Assembly (NCBI GenBank): GCA_030248215.1
Contig: JASANG010000932.1
Coordinates: 372,001 to 436,000 of the forward strand
Length of the DNA stretch: 64,000 nt
Source: Enoplolaimus lenunculus
Lineage: Eukaryota
Direction: 5' to 3'
This document shows positions 1-19,800 of the stretch, piece by piece. The translations under genes and the position numbers were made by a program. Under the pieces are notes generated by a model. That model was not told the origin of the DNA. It ran no database searches and saw nothing but the letters and a program-made list of their open reading frames with translations. Position 1 is the first letter of the stretch. Every line of letters starts with the position of its first letter.

Positions 1-348
1 TGTACATTCACTAGCCACGTATATTCCACAATTTTAATACAAGAAGTCTTTTTAATTAGATTATTACTGTGTAGGGTAATAGTTTCTTTTCGGTACCAGT
101 AGTCAAAACTGAACAAGCGTGAAGCAGGGCCGCAGGTTCAGGAGCGATGGGCAACAACCTCATTGCTGTTTTTGAACAGTGCCGCAGGTAAAACTTAAAC
201 ATGATATATTAACTTAAGTATACGAAGTTACACCACAATATAGTGTAACTGGCCCATGTTGCTTTCAGGGCCGTCCCGTTTTCCTGCGGGACAGCAATAG
301 TGCCGCAGAGCAGCATTTGCTACCCTGTTTATGCATATGTGAAGATTA

Positions 349-620
349 TTAGCCCCTTATCGCAATGAGTTTCCTATAGGCAACTAAGCGCAGTGTATAT
401 ACGTTAAATAATGTATATCGCACCGTGTTTAACAATTGCGACACGTACACATTGTACTAAATCAGCACAAGACGTGAGAGCCCCATCCTGCTCGAGCATC
501 AAGCTCCTATAACTGAGTGGTGATGGTATACGCTTCCCACTCCAGTCACCATAGTTAGAATCCTAGCATAAAAGTACGTCTCAGGGGAAATTAGAAAATA
601 TTCAAATGAGAAAGGGTTAA
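349..620 (+). mobile_element. piggyBac-type MITE with internal tRNA-like segment (copy 1)
   Basis: Near-identical to 14495-14749; ends ...GAGAAAGGG-TTAA; left end degenerate (TTAG-CCCC). Confidence 0.7.
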
Positions 621-2004
621 GCGAAAAATTTTCAGTTTACTATCTATAAATTTTGTTGTTATCCTGCTATTTACCACCCTTCCAAATGCGAGGGATGCAC
701 GAGGCGGTAGCCTCCTTGATAAAAAATTCGCACAGTTTTAGTGGCTACGGTTGGCAAGGCCGCAAGTGTACAGAAGGGAGTGATTGATAGCCAACCCCAA
801 CTATACGATAATCTTCGTTCCAGTCTCGCGATTTAACAAATTTTGTATGTACAATCTGAAAAGAATTGGAATTGTGTCCCATTGTCCTGTTTCTCCATCG
901 ACAATTTGCAACAGTCCCGTTTTCCCATTTACACTTGGCCCATACTCTCAAATGTAAACAACAAGGATGCAACCAAACGTGCAAAATACCGAAGGTCAAC
1001 GAAACTTGATGGTTAATTTTAAGAATATAAACGAAGCAACTTTTTAACATATACATAAAGTCCGGAAAATAATTCTTGAATAGAAGACAACGATTTCTTG
1101 AAACAAAGAAACTTGTGTTTGATTGGCAATACCAATTTCTTGAATAAGACATCTACGATTTAAACATTTAAGAAACGAGTTCCTGAGCTGTTTAAGACTA
1201 ACAACCGGAGGTCTGCCTCCGGCTTCGGCAGAAAATCGGCCTCCGGCTCCGGTAGAATTTTTGCCGGAGGTTCCGGCAATTTCGGTTGTAAAATTTGGCA
1301 TAATTTTGCAAAATTTATCTGTTTAGCGCGTATCGTTTTACTTTTGTTACTATTTCATGAAAGAATTTCCGAAATTTCGCCATGAAACTAGCGTAAAACC
1401 AAACGTAAACAACATATTGCAGATATTACCTAATTTCGTCTCACCTCCGGCAACTTTTGTTGAGCTCCGGCATTTTTCACCTCCGCTTGCACCCTGCAAG
1501 ACATTTATGTAGTGTGTAGTTTTAGAACAGTTTGGTGCTTCACTATGAAAACCGCTTAGTTCGGGCGGCTTGGTGGGCGCAGACAGAATTCTACGTTCGA
1601 CAAGTTTTGTTGATCTCCGGCTATGCATGTTTCACCTCTGGTTGCGCCCTGGTGAATATCCAAGCTTAATGAATTTTCAACTTTTCCTGTTTCTCGAAGC
1701 GAACCACACATTCCAATTTTCCATATACTAACCAACAAAACGGTCGCTTCTTTACCATTTAGCTTTTCCTAGTTTCAGAACCTCGCCTAATGCTCTAACT
1801 TTCCCTGCCGAATTAATCTAAATGTAAAACTAAACGCTCCGAAAATATAACAAATAAGTTTATTCAGCAACAATGTGGTAAACACACAACAGTCAAATTA
1901 ATTTTACAAAGTTCGAATTAACAAAATTCAATAATAATTAGCCAGTATACCACTAAATATTTAGAATACGTTTGTTCAGCGCAATATTCATATGTAAAAA
2001 TGAT

Positions 2005-4113
2005 CTACTTTGTCACAACAGCTTGACTGGTAGGTTGAACATTGCCACGCTTTCGGGATTTCGCAACAGTGCCTTCTCGAAAACCATTTCTAGAAAATTA
2101 CACGTTTAATATCAAGCATTCAAAAAGGCAACGTTTTACTGCTTATGTTTAAGAGTTATGGGCCATCTACGTAACAATGCGTGCACTAATGTAAAAATTG
2201 TCCTAGTCTGTGGAGAGAACTACATCGCTCTGACAGACTACCTATATAGAATGTCATACATAGGACCAGTGCCTGAAAAAAGCCTTATGAAGTTCGTCCA
2301 TATTACGCGTATGCTATTGCAAGGACATTGTTTTTTCTACTCGTTATACATTGCGCATAGCGTTGTCCAGATACCCATCAGACGGTCTGGAAAACATTGC
2401 TTCAGAACACCTGTAAAATGCCATGCAGCCCAACAGCAGTACTGTTTTAACATAGTTCCTAACCGGGTTACTGGAAAATTGTTTACATTAGCGCAAGCAC
2501 TGTAACGTGGATGAGCCATTAAATTGCAATTTGCCAGTACAAACTAGTTCATGTTAACAGAAATTTTTTGCCAAACAAGTTTAACTATAAGATATAGTGA
2601 AAAATAAGTTCTATGTTCAAGTTTGTTAAATGTTGCAACTCTTAGGCTTGCATCTGGATCGAGGTTCCCGAATTCCGGGAATTTTCAGCGAGAAATGACC
2701 AGTCTGCGTCTAGGTCTTCTTTAAGAAATTTCAGTTACTGATATTTATTTTGAAATATTGCAACTCTAAATTACTAAACAATGATCTAAATTTATAAAAT
2801 ATACATTACAAAAAATTCTACTGTAAAAATCTCCCCCGTTTTATCGTACATTTAATGGCTTACATATGCAGTAGCGCCACTGACTTTTATTTAATTAGTG
2901 AATCGAAATACTAGCAGGGATAACAACTTTACAAAAAACAGAACCTTGATTTCGGTAATACCCAAATTTGTATTCTACTACTGTCTTCCGTTAGTCAGCG
3001 CACACAAAAACAATTTAACTTTTGACCCATAAAATTCATTAGTTTTAATATATACTTTACCTAAATCTTCGGTGCACAATTTTCAAATGGCGCATGCGCC
3101 CCGTTCCAGTCGTGCGACGCCTTATCGCCTTTTCTGACCATTTATCTGAAAGAACGGAACAATTATAGTTTTTCAGAAATGATCCAATATACAACACAAA
3201 AATACAGGTACTTTACACCTGAGAAGAAACTTGAAACACTTGTGACGAATTAATTAATAAGCCGATAGTTTGGCATGTGAGAATTTAAACACACATTGGT
3301 AAATTTTGCATGAAAATCTAAAACACAGCAGATAAAGTGAATGCATATCTCCAGCTTGGGTTATTTTACCAATAATATTGCGAAAAGAAAATTAAAATGA
3401 ATTTCTTGGTGGCATGTATTTTTCATCTTCCCGTTACGGTAAATTGTAATTCCGGTTGCACCCTGATGATCATGATACGTACGTATTAAAAGAAATGAAG
3501 TATATAACTAAAAGTAATCGGAAATGCAACCTATGTAATTAATTTACAATTAAAGCTAGAACCGATATCAGACGCCCAAACAGTATACTTACATCCACGT
3601 TTCCTTTTCATCGGATAGGCACATGCAGCACATTTTGACTTTTGAATATGATAACTAGACCGTCCGCACCGCCTGCACAGGGTGTGCGTTTTGTTATGAC
3701 GCTTACCAAAACTCGACGTTCCCTTGGTCTGAATTAAAGAAAAACAACTACGTACTGATTGACTAGACGATGACCTACAGCTGTTTCAGCATAACGATAA
3801 AAAATTTTCTCCTCCGATCTTAGAACTAACATTGGGACTGTGGTCCCAATTAAAAACACTTCATTTCGGGCGACAAACACGCAATGAAAACGCACATGAA
3901 TTTCGACATATTTTGCCAACCTAGCAAAAATTTACGAATTTTAGGCCGAAGTTTCAGGAATCATCATCCGCTCTAAAAACTCTGCTCACACTCTGACTTT
4001 ATTGAAAGGCTGTACGTGGCCTGTGCTCAACTCTTTCAACACCTATATGAAACCGTAAATTGCAAATGCAGATAATTCTAGCTTATATATAATTGCTGAA
4101 ATTAACTCACCAT
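2005..4113 (-). CDS. RPL37: 60S ribosomal protein L37 (eL37), 102 aa
   Basis: Exons 4113-4111 (ATG only), 3728-3593, 3145-3061, 2089-2005, all GT-AG and in phase. Translation [102 protein letters not shown] has the L37e C4 zinc finger. AATAAA at 1864-1859. Confidence 0.97.
2158..2519. mobile_element. Degenerate MITE in RPL37 intron 3
   Basis: ~50-bp imperfect terminal inverted repeats (2158-2207 vs 2470-2519); internal hairpin TAGTCTGT...ACAGACTA. Confidence 0.55.
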
Positions 4114-4119
4114 CTTTTA

Positions 4120-4145
4120 TTAGAAACAGGAGTAACAGAAAGTTA
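4120..4145 (-). promoter_or_regulatory. Pyrimidine-rich (TCT/5'TOP-like) element upstream of RPL37 ATG
   Basis: Minus strand reads CTTTCTGTTACTCCTGTTTC about 10-30 nt before the ATG. Ribosomal protein genes typically initiate in such tracts; the start site itself is not demonstrated. Confidence 0.35.
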
Positions 4146-4244
4146 TATTAAAACCACTACTACGGATATGCTTAAACAATAGGTAGTGCACTAAAATTAA
4201 AAAAGTAAAAAGAACATTGTACTGAACTCTCAGCCTAAGAATCC

Positions 4245-5717
4245 TTAAGCGAATATTCTACCACTGCGACGCGTAGCCCGCCTCTCCAACTGCTTTATCC
4301 GTCGACTATACGTCGACATGTATGCTACCGGTTAGTGTCACACAACACAATGTGCGTTCAACATATTAATATGCATTAGGACAAGCATGTCTCACATGCT
4401 TACAATACCTAATTTTAAACATAGCCGCCTGCCGAACTGTATCTATCGTTACAAAGTGCATTGCATATGTTGCATACGCACCAGGACAAGCATGTCTCAC
4501 ATGTTTACACAGTGTACTTAAAACAATCAAATAATTTTGTCTCTCGAGGTCAATATAGTAGAACATTCTGAAAGGGGTCCGAAAAACAAACTTAAGTGTT
4601 ATTTACTCTCATTGACAATTTTAACAAAAACACAATATGGTGGTTTTCGCGTCTTTCTTTGTCTCAATAACTGTACATGCTTATACAAGAAACACAAAAT
4701 GTAAGCCCTAAAATACTTGCACGAACATGGAACATAAGAAATTATAGCAAGTCGTTGCAAAATTAATGCGATTTTTCATTTTTATTGAAACATGCACCTG
4801 ATGTCTGGTTCCAACAAGATGTAACGACTACTAAAATGAATTTCTCAGGATCCCCACCACTACAATTTTGTTAATTAAAATTAGAGTAAACGGGAACTAT
4901 GATTGTTTTGAATTTCACTCACATACTCCACAGCAAACATTAACCGTATATCACTAGCTATGCAGCTAAATCTATTGCTTTATGTGAGTGTTTTTAAAAT
5001 TATTTGCGAACGCATTGCTTTTTTTGGAGTTAACAAATGCAAATACTTCCACCAGTGAAGTCCTTCGTGTGTGTAGGATTCAACTGCCGCTCGTTCTCCT
5101 AAAAAGGAAACCTTCGGCTCCAGCTCCACTCCGTTATTCTGAAAACTGAAAAAACGTGTGGCGCTAATGATCTTATGGTGTAAAAGTAGCGTGCTGTGCG
5201 CGTGCAAGAAGTTAGTGGCTCGATTTTTACGTTATTGTAAACTTTGGGCAAAACTTTTGATAGAGGTTTCGTGCAGATCGAAAAATTGTAACATTTGCCA
5301 CTAGTCAGAATTAACCTTGGGTAGGGTAGGGTGCGACGATATTCTGCGTGCTGGCAGCTGAAAACGAGAAGCGTTCTTACGAAGGTTCTATCCCATGATT
5401 ACTGAGCAACGCCACCTCACATTCAACTGTTGAGTTTTCAGATTTTTACGCTGTAATAAGAAAAGAACTACAATACTACACTTATGTATCTTGGTTCTTC
5501 CATGTTATGCTGCTGCTTATATGAAGGCACTACATATGCATAGCATGAGTTTTTTCAACCTCCATGCATCCACATGTCTTCATAATTACCTTGGATTTTA
5601 TCTCGCTATATAAACTAGTTTGTTTGGCTAAAAGTGAACTAATTTGCAGCAGTAAAAGTTGTAATCGAAACCATGTAATTGTAATCTAGCAGCATTCCAA
5701 ATCCTGAAATCATGCAT
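4245..5717 (-). CDS. Tentative micro-exon gene, unrecognised 152-aa basic protein (or spliced non-coding RNA)
   Basis: Nine short GT-AG exons join in frame: 5717-5672, 5627-5590, 5450-5421, 5357-5316, 5138-5047, 4830-4798, 4567-4509, 4442-4404, 4324-4245. Several strong acceptors (TTTTCAG, CTTTTAG, CTTTCAG). No recognisable domain; alternative exon choices exist. Confidence 0.33.
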
Positions 5718-6214
5718 CTGTATAACTACTTGGCTAGTATGTGTATTTGGGTGTGAGTAGGATTTGGGGTGGTTGTTGAACTAGGTGTTAATCAGAACTA
5801 TGTGGCGGGTCAGAAAATAACTGAAAGTTTTTCACTTTACAAATTTTTTAGTTTTTTCGCATATTATGAGCTTAACATGCTCTTAACGCCAATTATATCG
5901 AAAAAATTTTCTGGAAAAATTTGGAAATAGATATGTTCTGATCCACCATATTGAGGTGAACACGAAAATGCCAAAAATTCTTGCAAAAACCTATTTTTTC
6001 GATTTTTATTAATTTTTGACGCTATAATGAAGCAGATCCGAATTTTTATTGCATATTGCAGAACATTGTTGGATTCAGCTTTTTCAGAACCGAATCCGAA
6101 TCCGAACCGCAAACTATTGTCGAATCCGAATCCGAACCTTTGTTGCCAATCTGATTTATACCGCGTCTGTTCACAGTCATTATTTATATAAGTTGTATTT
6201 ATAGACAGTGCGTT

Positions 6215-13624
<7,410 letters not shown>

Positions 13625-14494
13625 CGAATTTGAAGTTTTCAAAAATTTGAATCTGTCCACGAAATGCCAAAGAAGATTATATTTAAGTATTTTAAACAAA
13701 TTTTGTTTGTTGTGATAGTATCACGTGGTAGGATATATTTTGCTCTGTGGTATTGGTACATTTGTTGCCGTACGTATGTGATTTGTAACTCTAATTTAGT
13801 TCACTTTAATATTGAAAATTGTTTGTTGAAGGAGGTGCTTTATTGTTTCAAAATTGTATTTGACTATTTCGAATTGAAACAATAGAAATGTTCCAGCGTC
13901 CAATAATTTCTCTTGTAAAATTGTTCAAAGTTTTAGAAAAAATTATAGTGAATATGTAACATAATTTAGGACTAATTTCGAAATTTTACTGAAAAAGCGG
14001 TAGAAACAAATTTTTGACAACGGTTGCAGATTGTTTAGTAAAGTGAACATTTATTCTCTACTTCAAATTGTCATATAGATCACGGGTGGAATGTTTTTCC
14101 ATGCAACTGCTATGGAGTATCCTAATAAGCTTTAATAGATCAATTAGGAATATTCTTATACTACTGTTACAGCCCTGATCTATACATTGGCCCTTACATT
14201 TGGAAGCTGCAAAGTTTGTTGACCAATTTTGAATGTTATATTGTATCGTGGAAGTATAGAGTTATTCTTAACACAAAGGAGCAGCCAGATTCTTGAACAA
14301 CTTAGATCTGTGATTCATTTATTGAATTTTAAATAAACTTATGTTTGGTATTTTGAGATGAACGCAGGTGGGGTGTGAGGTCGCCGTTGCAAGAGTTTTG
14401 TGCTCTATGACGGTTGCTAACGTTATGTTGCACCAGAATTATAAGACCTACAGTGGTTGCAAAATGTTCACATTTATCGAAGATATCGATTAGT

Positions 14495-14749
14495 TTAACC
14501 CCTTCTCACATTGAGTTGCCTATAGGCAACTCAGTGCAGTGTATATACGTTAAATGATATATATCGCACCGTGTTTAACAGTTGCAACACGTGACCACAA
14601 GACGTGAGAGCCCCCTCGGGCTCGAGCGTCAAGCTCCTATAGCTGAGTGGTGATGGTATACGCCTCCCATTCCAGTCACTGAAGTTCAAATCCTAGCATA
14701 AAAGTAGGTCTCAGGGGAAATAGAAAATTTTCATGTGAGAAAGGGTTAA
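14495..14749 (+). mobile_element. piggyBac-type MITE with internal tRNA-like segment (best copy)
   Basis: TTAA on both sides; TIRs CCCCTTCTCACAT...ATGTGAGAAAGGG; internal TAGCTGAGTGG (A box-like) and GTTCAAATCC (B box-like). Confidence 0.8.
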
Positions 14750-16893
14750 TGATTAAGGATACTGTTTCAAACAACCTTCGTATATTTATATAAATGTTTT
14801 TCAGTGTACCCTTGTGGTATCTGTTCTTGTGAGGGAGGATATACTTTTCACCAGGATACAACCGAAGGTTAAAAATACCAGAGCCGGAGGTCAAGGAAAC
14901 TTGCCGGAACCGGTGGTGAGGCGAAACTCAGGTATGGTCACTTTTAGGTCTCCAATATGTTGTTTAAGGTGTTTGGTTTTTAGCTATTTTTTGCGAAATT
15001 TCGGTATCACGAAAATAAAAACCTGTAGCCTGAAGGAAAAATATGCTAATATGTAATCGTAGTAGCAGATAAAAACTGAGGCAAAAATATAAGTCTGCTT
15101 TTGTGTAGTTTTACTAGGAAACGAGACAGTGCTATGAAAATATGGACAAAAATTTTGGGACCCTAGGAGGGTATCCGTTTTAATAGCTGTCTCGGCAAGT
15201 GTTCTGTTCTTTCAGCTACAGGCCGCAAAGCCAACCCATTGTTCGAGCAAAAATATTATAAATATAGGTGCGTTTAAGCTTAAGCCAGAGAATAAGGATG
15301 GGCGAGGAGTTGTGGGGCTGTGAATTGCTGGTGTCATACCATGCTCGACTCTGCCAGGTAGCATTAATAGCAATATGTTTCAAACAATCCAAACGTATAA
15401 TATGTGTATACGAAAGTCTCCTGAGTAACACGGTGGATGAACAGCAGCGAAGTTAAATTCTGAGATGCAAAGCGATCTACACATATTTCTTTTTAATTGT
15501 TGTACCTGCATATATATTGGTTAGCCTTTAAAATGTTCAGATGCAAACACGGATTTAAAAGCACTCTGTAGCAAAAGGTAAAACGTTTTGAAAAAGAGCA
15601 GTAGCACCAGTAGCGATCATATGCATTGACTATTTTAGCCTTCTTTCATTTATGTAGCAATATCCATTGGATTCACTTAATATTGATAATTGGTGGTTCT
15701 GGAGATTACTTGGCTAGTCGTATATCAATCAATATTAAATTTGCAATAATGTTAGGTTCGCACAAAGAGTTGTTAGTGATTTGACACACTAAAGTAATGT
15801 GAGCGTGAAACACCGAAATCAAAAACGTCAGTATGTCACTAATGCATATGTCGTTCTTTGGAGGCAGGACATAGTTGATCGATACAGTTTGCTCGGGTTT
15901 TTATTCCTTATAGGAACCTCAACGTTATACACATGTATCTCGGTTCTTTCATGTTTTACGGCTGCTGCATATGAATGCACTACATTTGCATCAGTGGTTT
16001 AACGGATGTGCAGAATAAGTATGAGGCTTTCTTTTGTCTCCATGCATCAGCTTGTCACAGTTATTTCAATTTAGCTGCTGCAGTTGAATTAGTTCGATTT
16101 AGATCATTTCTGGACAATTGAGCGTTGAGGTTTCCACAATCCGCATAGTTTTACAAACATACCACACCAAACCAGGGTGCAACCGAAATTACAATTTACC
16201 GGAAGCGGAATAAAAAAAATTAGCGGAAACGGAACCGGAAAATGAAAAATACATGCCGCCAAAAAATTCATTTTTATTTTTCTTTTTGCAATATTGCTTT
16301 AATAACTCTTATGTAGTTGGAGATAGATATATATTGACTTTATCTGCAGTATTTTAGATTTTCATAATCCACGGAAGCGAAATCTACCTTCGATGGTTCA
16401 TTTTCGGCGATTTTCACGGTTTGCATACTATACTTAAAAATTTGTTTAATTTTATCGTCATTAGTAAAATATCTTAATTTCCACACCAAACAGCTTGCCT
16501 CGTTCCCTTAGAAATGTGTGTGCATTTAACTTCGTTTTCATTTTCTTGTTTTAAGAGGGCTGTAATAGAATAGTTACTCAATCGATTTGAAAACAATGAC
16601 TTCACACTTATGTTTTTATTACATTTAATTTTGTTGGATGTTGCGTAATCGTTTAGAATTTTAGCTGAATCAGTTTTCAGTAGATTGTTAACTCCATCTA
16701 CGCAAATTGTTTCTTGAAATCTGGCACCTGCAAGAAACAAAACCGCAACTGATTTTCACTGCATATTATTTCTGATGCGTCACACTGTTTCGGTTACAAC
16801 AATAAACAGCAACAGGATTTCCTGGCTTGTAACTAGTTGAGAACTTCTTTTTTCGATTATTTTTTGACTGTTAGTCTACGCACGTTTGCGCAC

Positions 16894-19800
16894 ATGATAA
16901 TTATGCGGTTTTGTGGTGGTCAAGACGCGGGTGCGAAACAGCAACGTGAAACAAACAAAAAAATCGAAGAAGATTTATCACGCGACAAACTGATATGGCG
17001 ATCAACGCATCGACTGTTGCTGTTGGGTACCTAATTTTTTGTTTGTGCTAATGTTGAGGAATTTAATCTCGAGTATCACATTTCTGGAAATTGTGTCTAA
17101 TTGGTATTAATTTTTCTGAAGGAAGGTTGTGAAAAGCTGTATTTGTTACTATATGTATATATATTTATGATGTCCCGGGGCCAGGATTTTACCTTGGGCC
17201 CTCGGTACCGGGGCCGAGCCGAGGCCAGCGAAATATACCAAATTTCAATTTTATTATCTTTTACGTCAGCATGTACCTGGGAGTACGATACCGTTTTGGC
17301 GCGCACGCGCATTTTGTTGACACTTTCTTGTTGGGAAGTTAGTGTTGGCACCCTCTAACACCAGGGCCGTGGCCGGACCACGGGACATATCTAATGTATA
17401 TACGTATACGTTACGTGTATACACAAGTACATATACATATATAACGCAATCTCCACGTATGTGTATGACTACGTATGTCCATTTAGATATATGTACGTAA
17501 AGCTCTTTTGCTAATTTTGTTAATTATAGGAGCTGGTGAATCCGGCAAGAGCACTATCGTGAAACAAATGCGTATACTGCACATAAATGGCTACAACGAA
17601 AGGTTAGTGTTGTGACATAAATCGCTGAAATTCAATGTTATCTGCACATAGTCTATCGTGGCAAAACATGTAGGAATAGCAACAGCCAAAATTGATAGTT
17701 CGAAACGGACATGAATCTAATATTATTAGCTGTTGTATATGCGAATGCGCAGATACTCTTGTTTAAGAATATTATGGTTTCGGTTTGTAATCTCGTTATA
17801 ATTTTTTTACCGTTTCTCATTTTCAGTGAACGAAGAGAAAAAATTGCCGATATTAAACGCAATATCCGAGATTCTTTGTTTGTAAGTTAATTGATGCATA
17901 CATTGGTTTGGTATTATTTCAATAAATGAGTTGTTACAGGGCAGTAACTACAAACGCTGCAGTGATGAATTTGTCGAACTGGCCGGCAAAGCAATTATCT
18001 AAAACATCGCAGGCCAATCTTCTATTCACACAAATTACTAATTGGCCTAGGCCAATCTGCTATTTTACGTAATAGCAGTTTCGCCTAGGCTAGTTAAACT
18101 TATAGACCATCGGATTTGATTATTTGGACAGACGCCTTCAGATATTGACTTCTAAGTAGCTAAAGTGTTCTACATATAAAGGCAATATTTTGCATGTGTT
18201 AAAATTTTACCGGGTTTTGCGTGGGTTTTCAACAAAGGTCTTGGTGTTGCTTAAAATGCAAAGCAGTAGTTCTTAAAACCTTTTGTTTTCGGTTTTGTTA
18301 TTTGATATATTGCTTTGGTCTTTGCGAACCAATATTTTTGTTGTCGGGTTTATCAGTTTGTCGGTTACGCAACACCCTTAACCAATCAGTGTTGGCTTTA
18401 CAACATCGTTGTTTTACTATATCTTACATTCGCTATTTTGCGTAGGACAATCTGTCATTTGCTCTGAATAGCAGATTGGCCTTGGCCAATTGGTAATTGG
18501 CTGAATAGCAGCTTGGCATAAGTCATATACGTTGTAACTAAATTTATATTGATAGGCCATCCTGGATGCAATGCGTGAGTTGGTGCCGCCGATTGAGCTG
18601 GGTAAACCAGAGAATGCGCCTCGTGCAGAATACGTTCGAGAAGCATTTTCGAACCCTGATTTCGATTACCCTGATGTAAGCTTAAATTGATTTTATTTAT
18701 ATATAGTTTATCTAATTACAAACTGATCTGTCTAAATAGCAATATAGTTTTCATACATTTTACTGTCTGTTATAACTGCGGTAAAATTCGACATCTTTTG
18801 AGTTTCAAGCTTTGTTTTTTTCGTTTCAGTATCAATCATAACGTGACATCGGCAGTTGTGTAGTGAGCGAATTAACTATATTTTATTATTTTACTTTGCA
18901 GGATTTTTTCGATGCAGTCGAAGAATTATGGAAGGATAGCGGTGTCCAAGAAAGTTTTATGCGTTCCAACGAATACCAACTGATTGATTGTGCTAAATAG
19001 TAAGTATACTATCTTGCTTTGTTTTTTAACAAAATTGATACAGAGCAGGCTTTGGCTAGTAAGCGTTTAACTTCCATCGTGGTCTCGAATATATATATTC
19101 GTGTGTATGCTTTGGCAGTTGCTGTTTTTGAATGTCCGTATCGAACGTAATTAGTTATTGGTATATATTTGGTACCAGATTGTAATCACGGTAATTTGTA
19201 TTAAATATATACATACTATAATTTATTTTCTTGATGTTTATCTGTCATTTCAAGCGAATTCCCTTAAATTAAAGTCGTTGTGAAATATTGTGACTTGAGT
19301 TCTGGTGGCCAGCTAGTTCTACCCGGTTTCATACTGATTGTTAATATCAAGAAAGTTTGGCTGTACACATTGGTAGATTTCCAAATTTATATAATTTTCA
19401 GTTTCCTGGACAAAAGCTCTTTCAATTATTATATGATTTTCACTTTTCAGTTTCCTGGACAAAACCGCAGAGGTTCGAAGGCCTGATTTCTATCCATCAG
19501 AACAAGACATTTTGCGCTGTCGTGTCATGACAACAGGCATATTTGAAACTAGGTTCGAGGTTGACAAAGTGAAATTCCAGTAAGTTTATTTTTCTGCAAA
19601 CTGCTTTTTGTTATGAAGATGGGAAACAACAGAACACTCACAAACGTACGACGCGTTGGTTTCAAGTGCAGTTATTATTCAGAACAGTTGCGTAGTTTAT
19701 AATTCGTATGATTATTTGAAGTACAGATATTAATATGGTCGGGAGGTTCCATCGGAATTCCTGCAAAAAGGATAATATATAACATTTCAAAATAATTTTA

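Noticed and set aside
68..202. Minus-strand ORF MFKFYLRHCSKTAMRLLPIAPEPAALLHACSVLTTGTEKKLLPYT|gtaata, resembling a mitochondrial presequence exon
   Set aside because: At the window edge with no further exons visible; similarity too weak to call.
745..1152. 135-aa minus-strand ORF with an internal TTTTCAG acceptor
   Set aside because: No recognisable domain, contains a MITE end near 937-955, and I could not link it into a convincing gene.
3787..3967. Box C (ATGATGA) and CTGA motifs in RPL37 intron 1 as a C/D snoRNA
   Set aside because: D boxes are either too close or ~180 nt away, with no terminal stem or evident rRNA guide.
14804..15268. Two exon-like segments (YPCGICSCEGGYTF..., TGRKANPLFEQKYYKY)
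   Set aside because: The first donor lies inside a CAGGGTGCAACC-family MITE end; no start, stop or homology.
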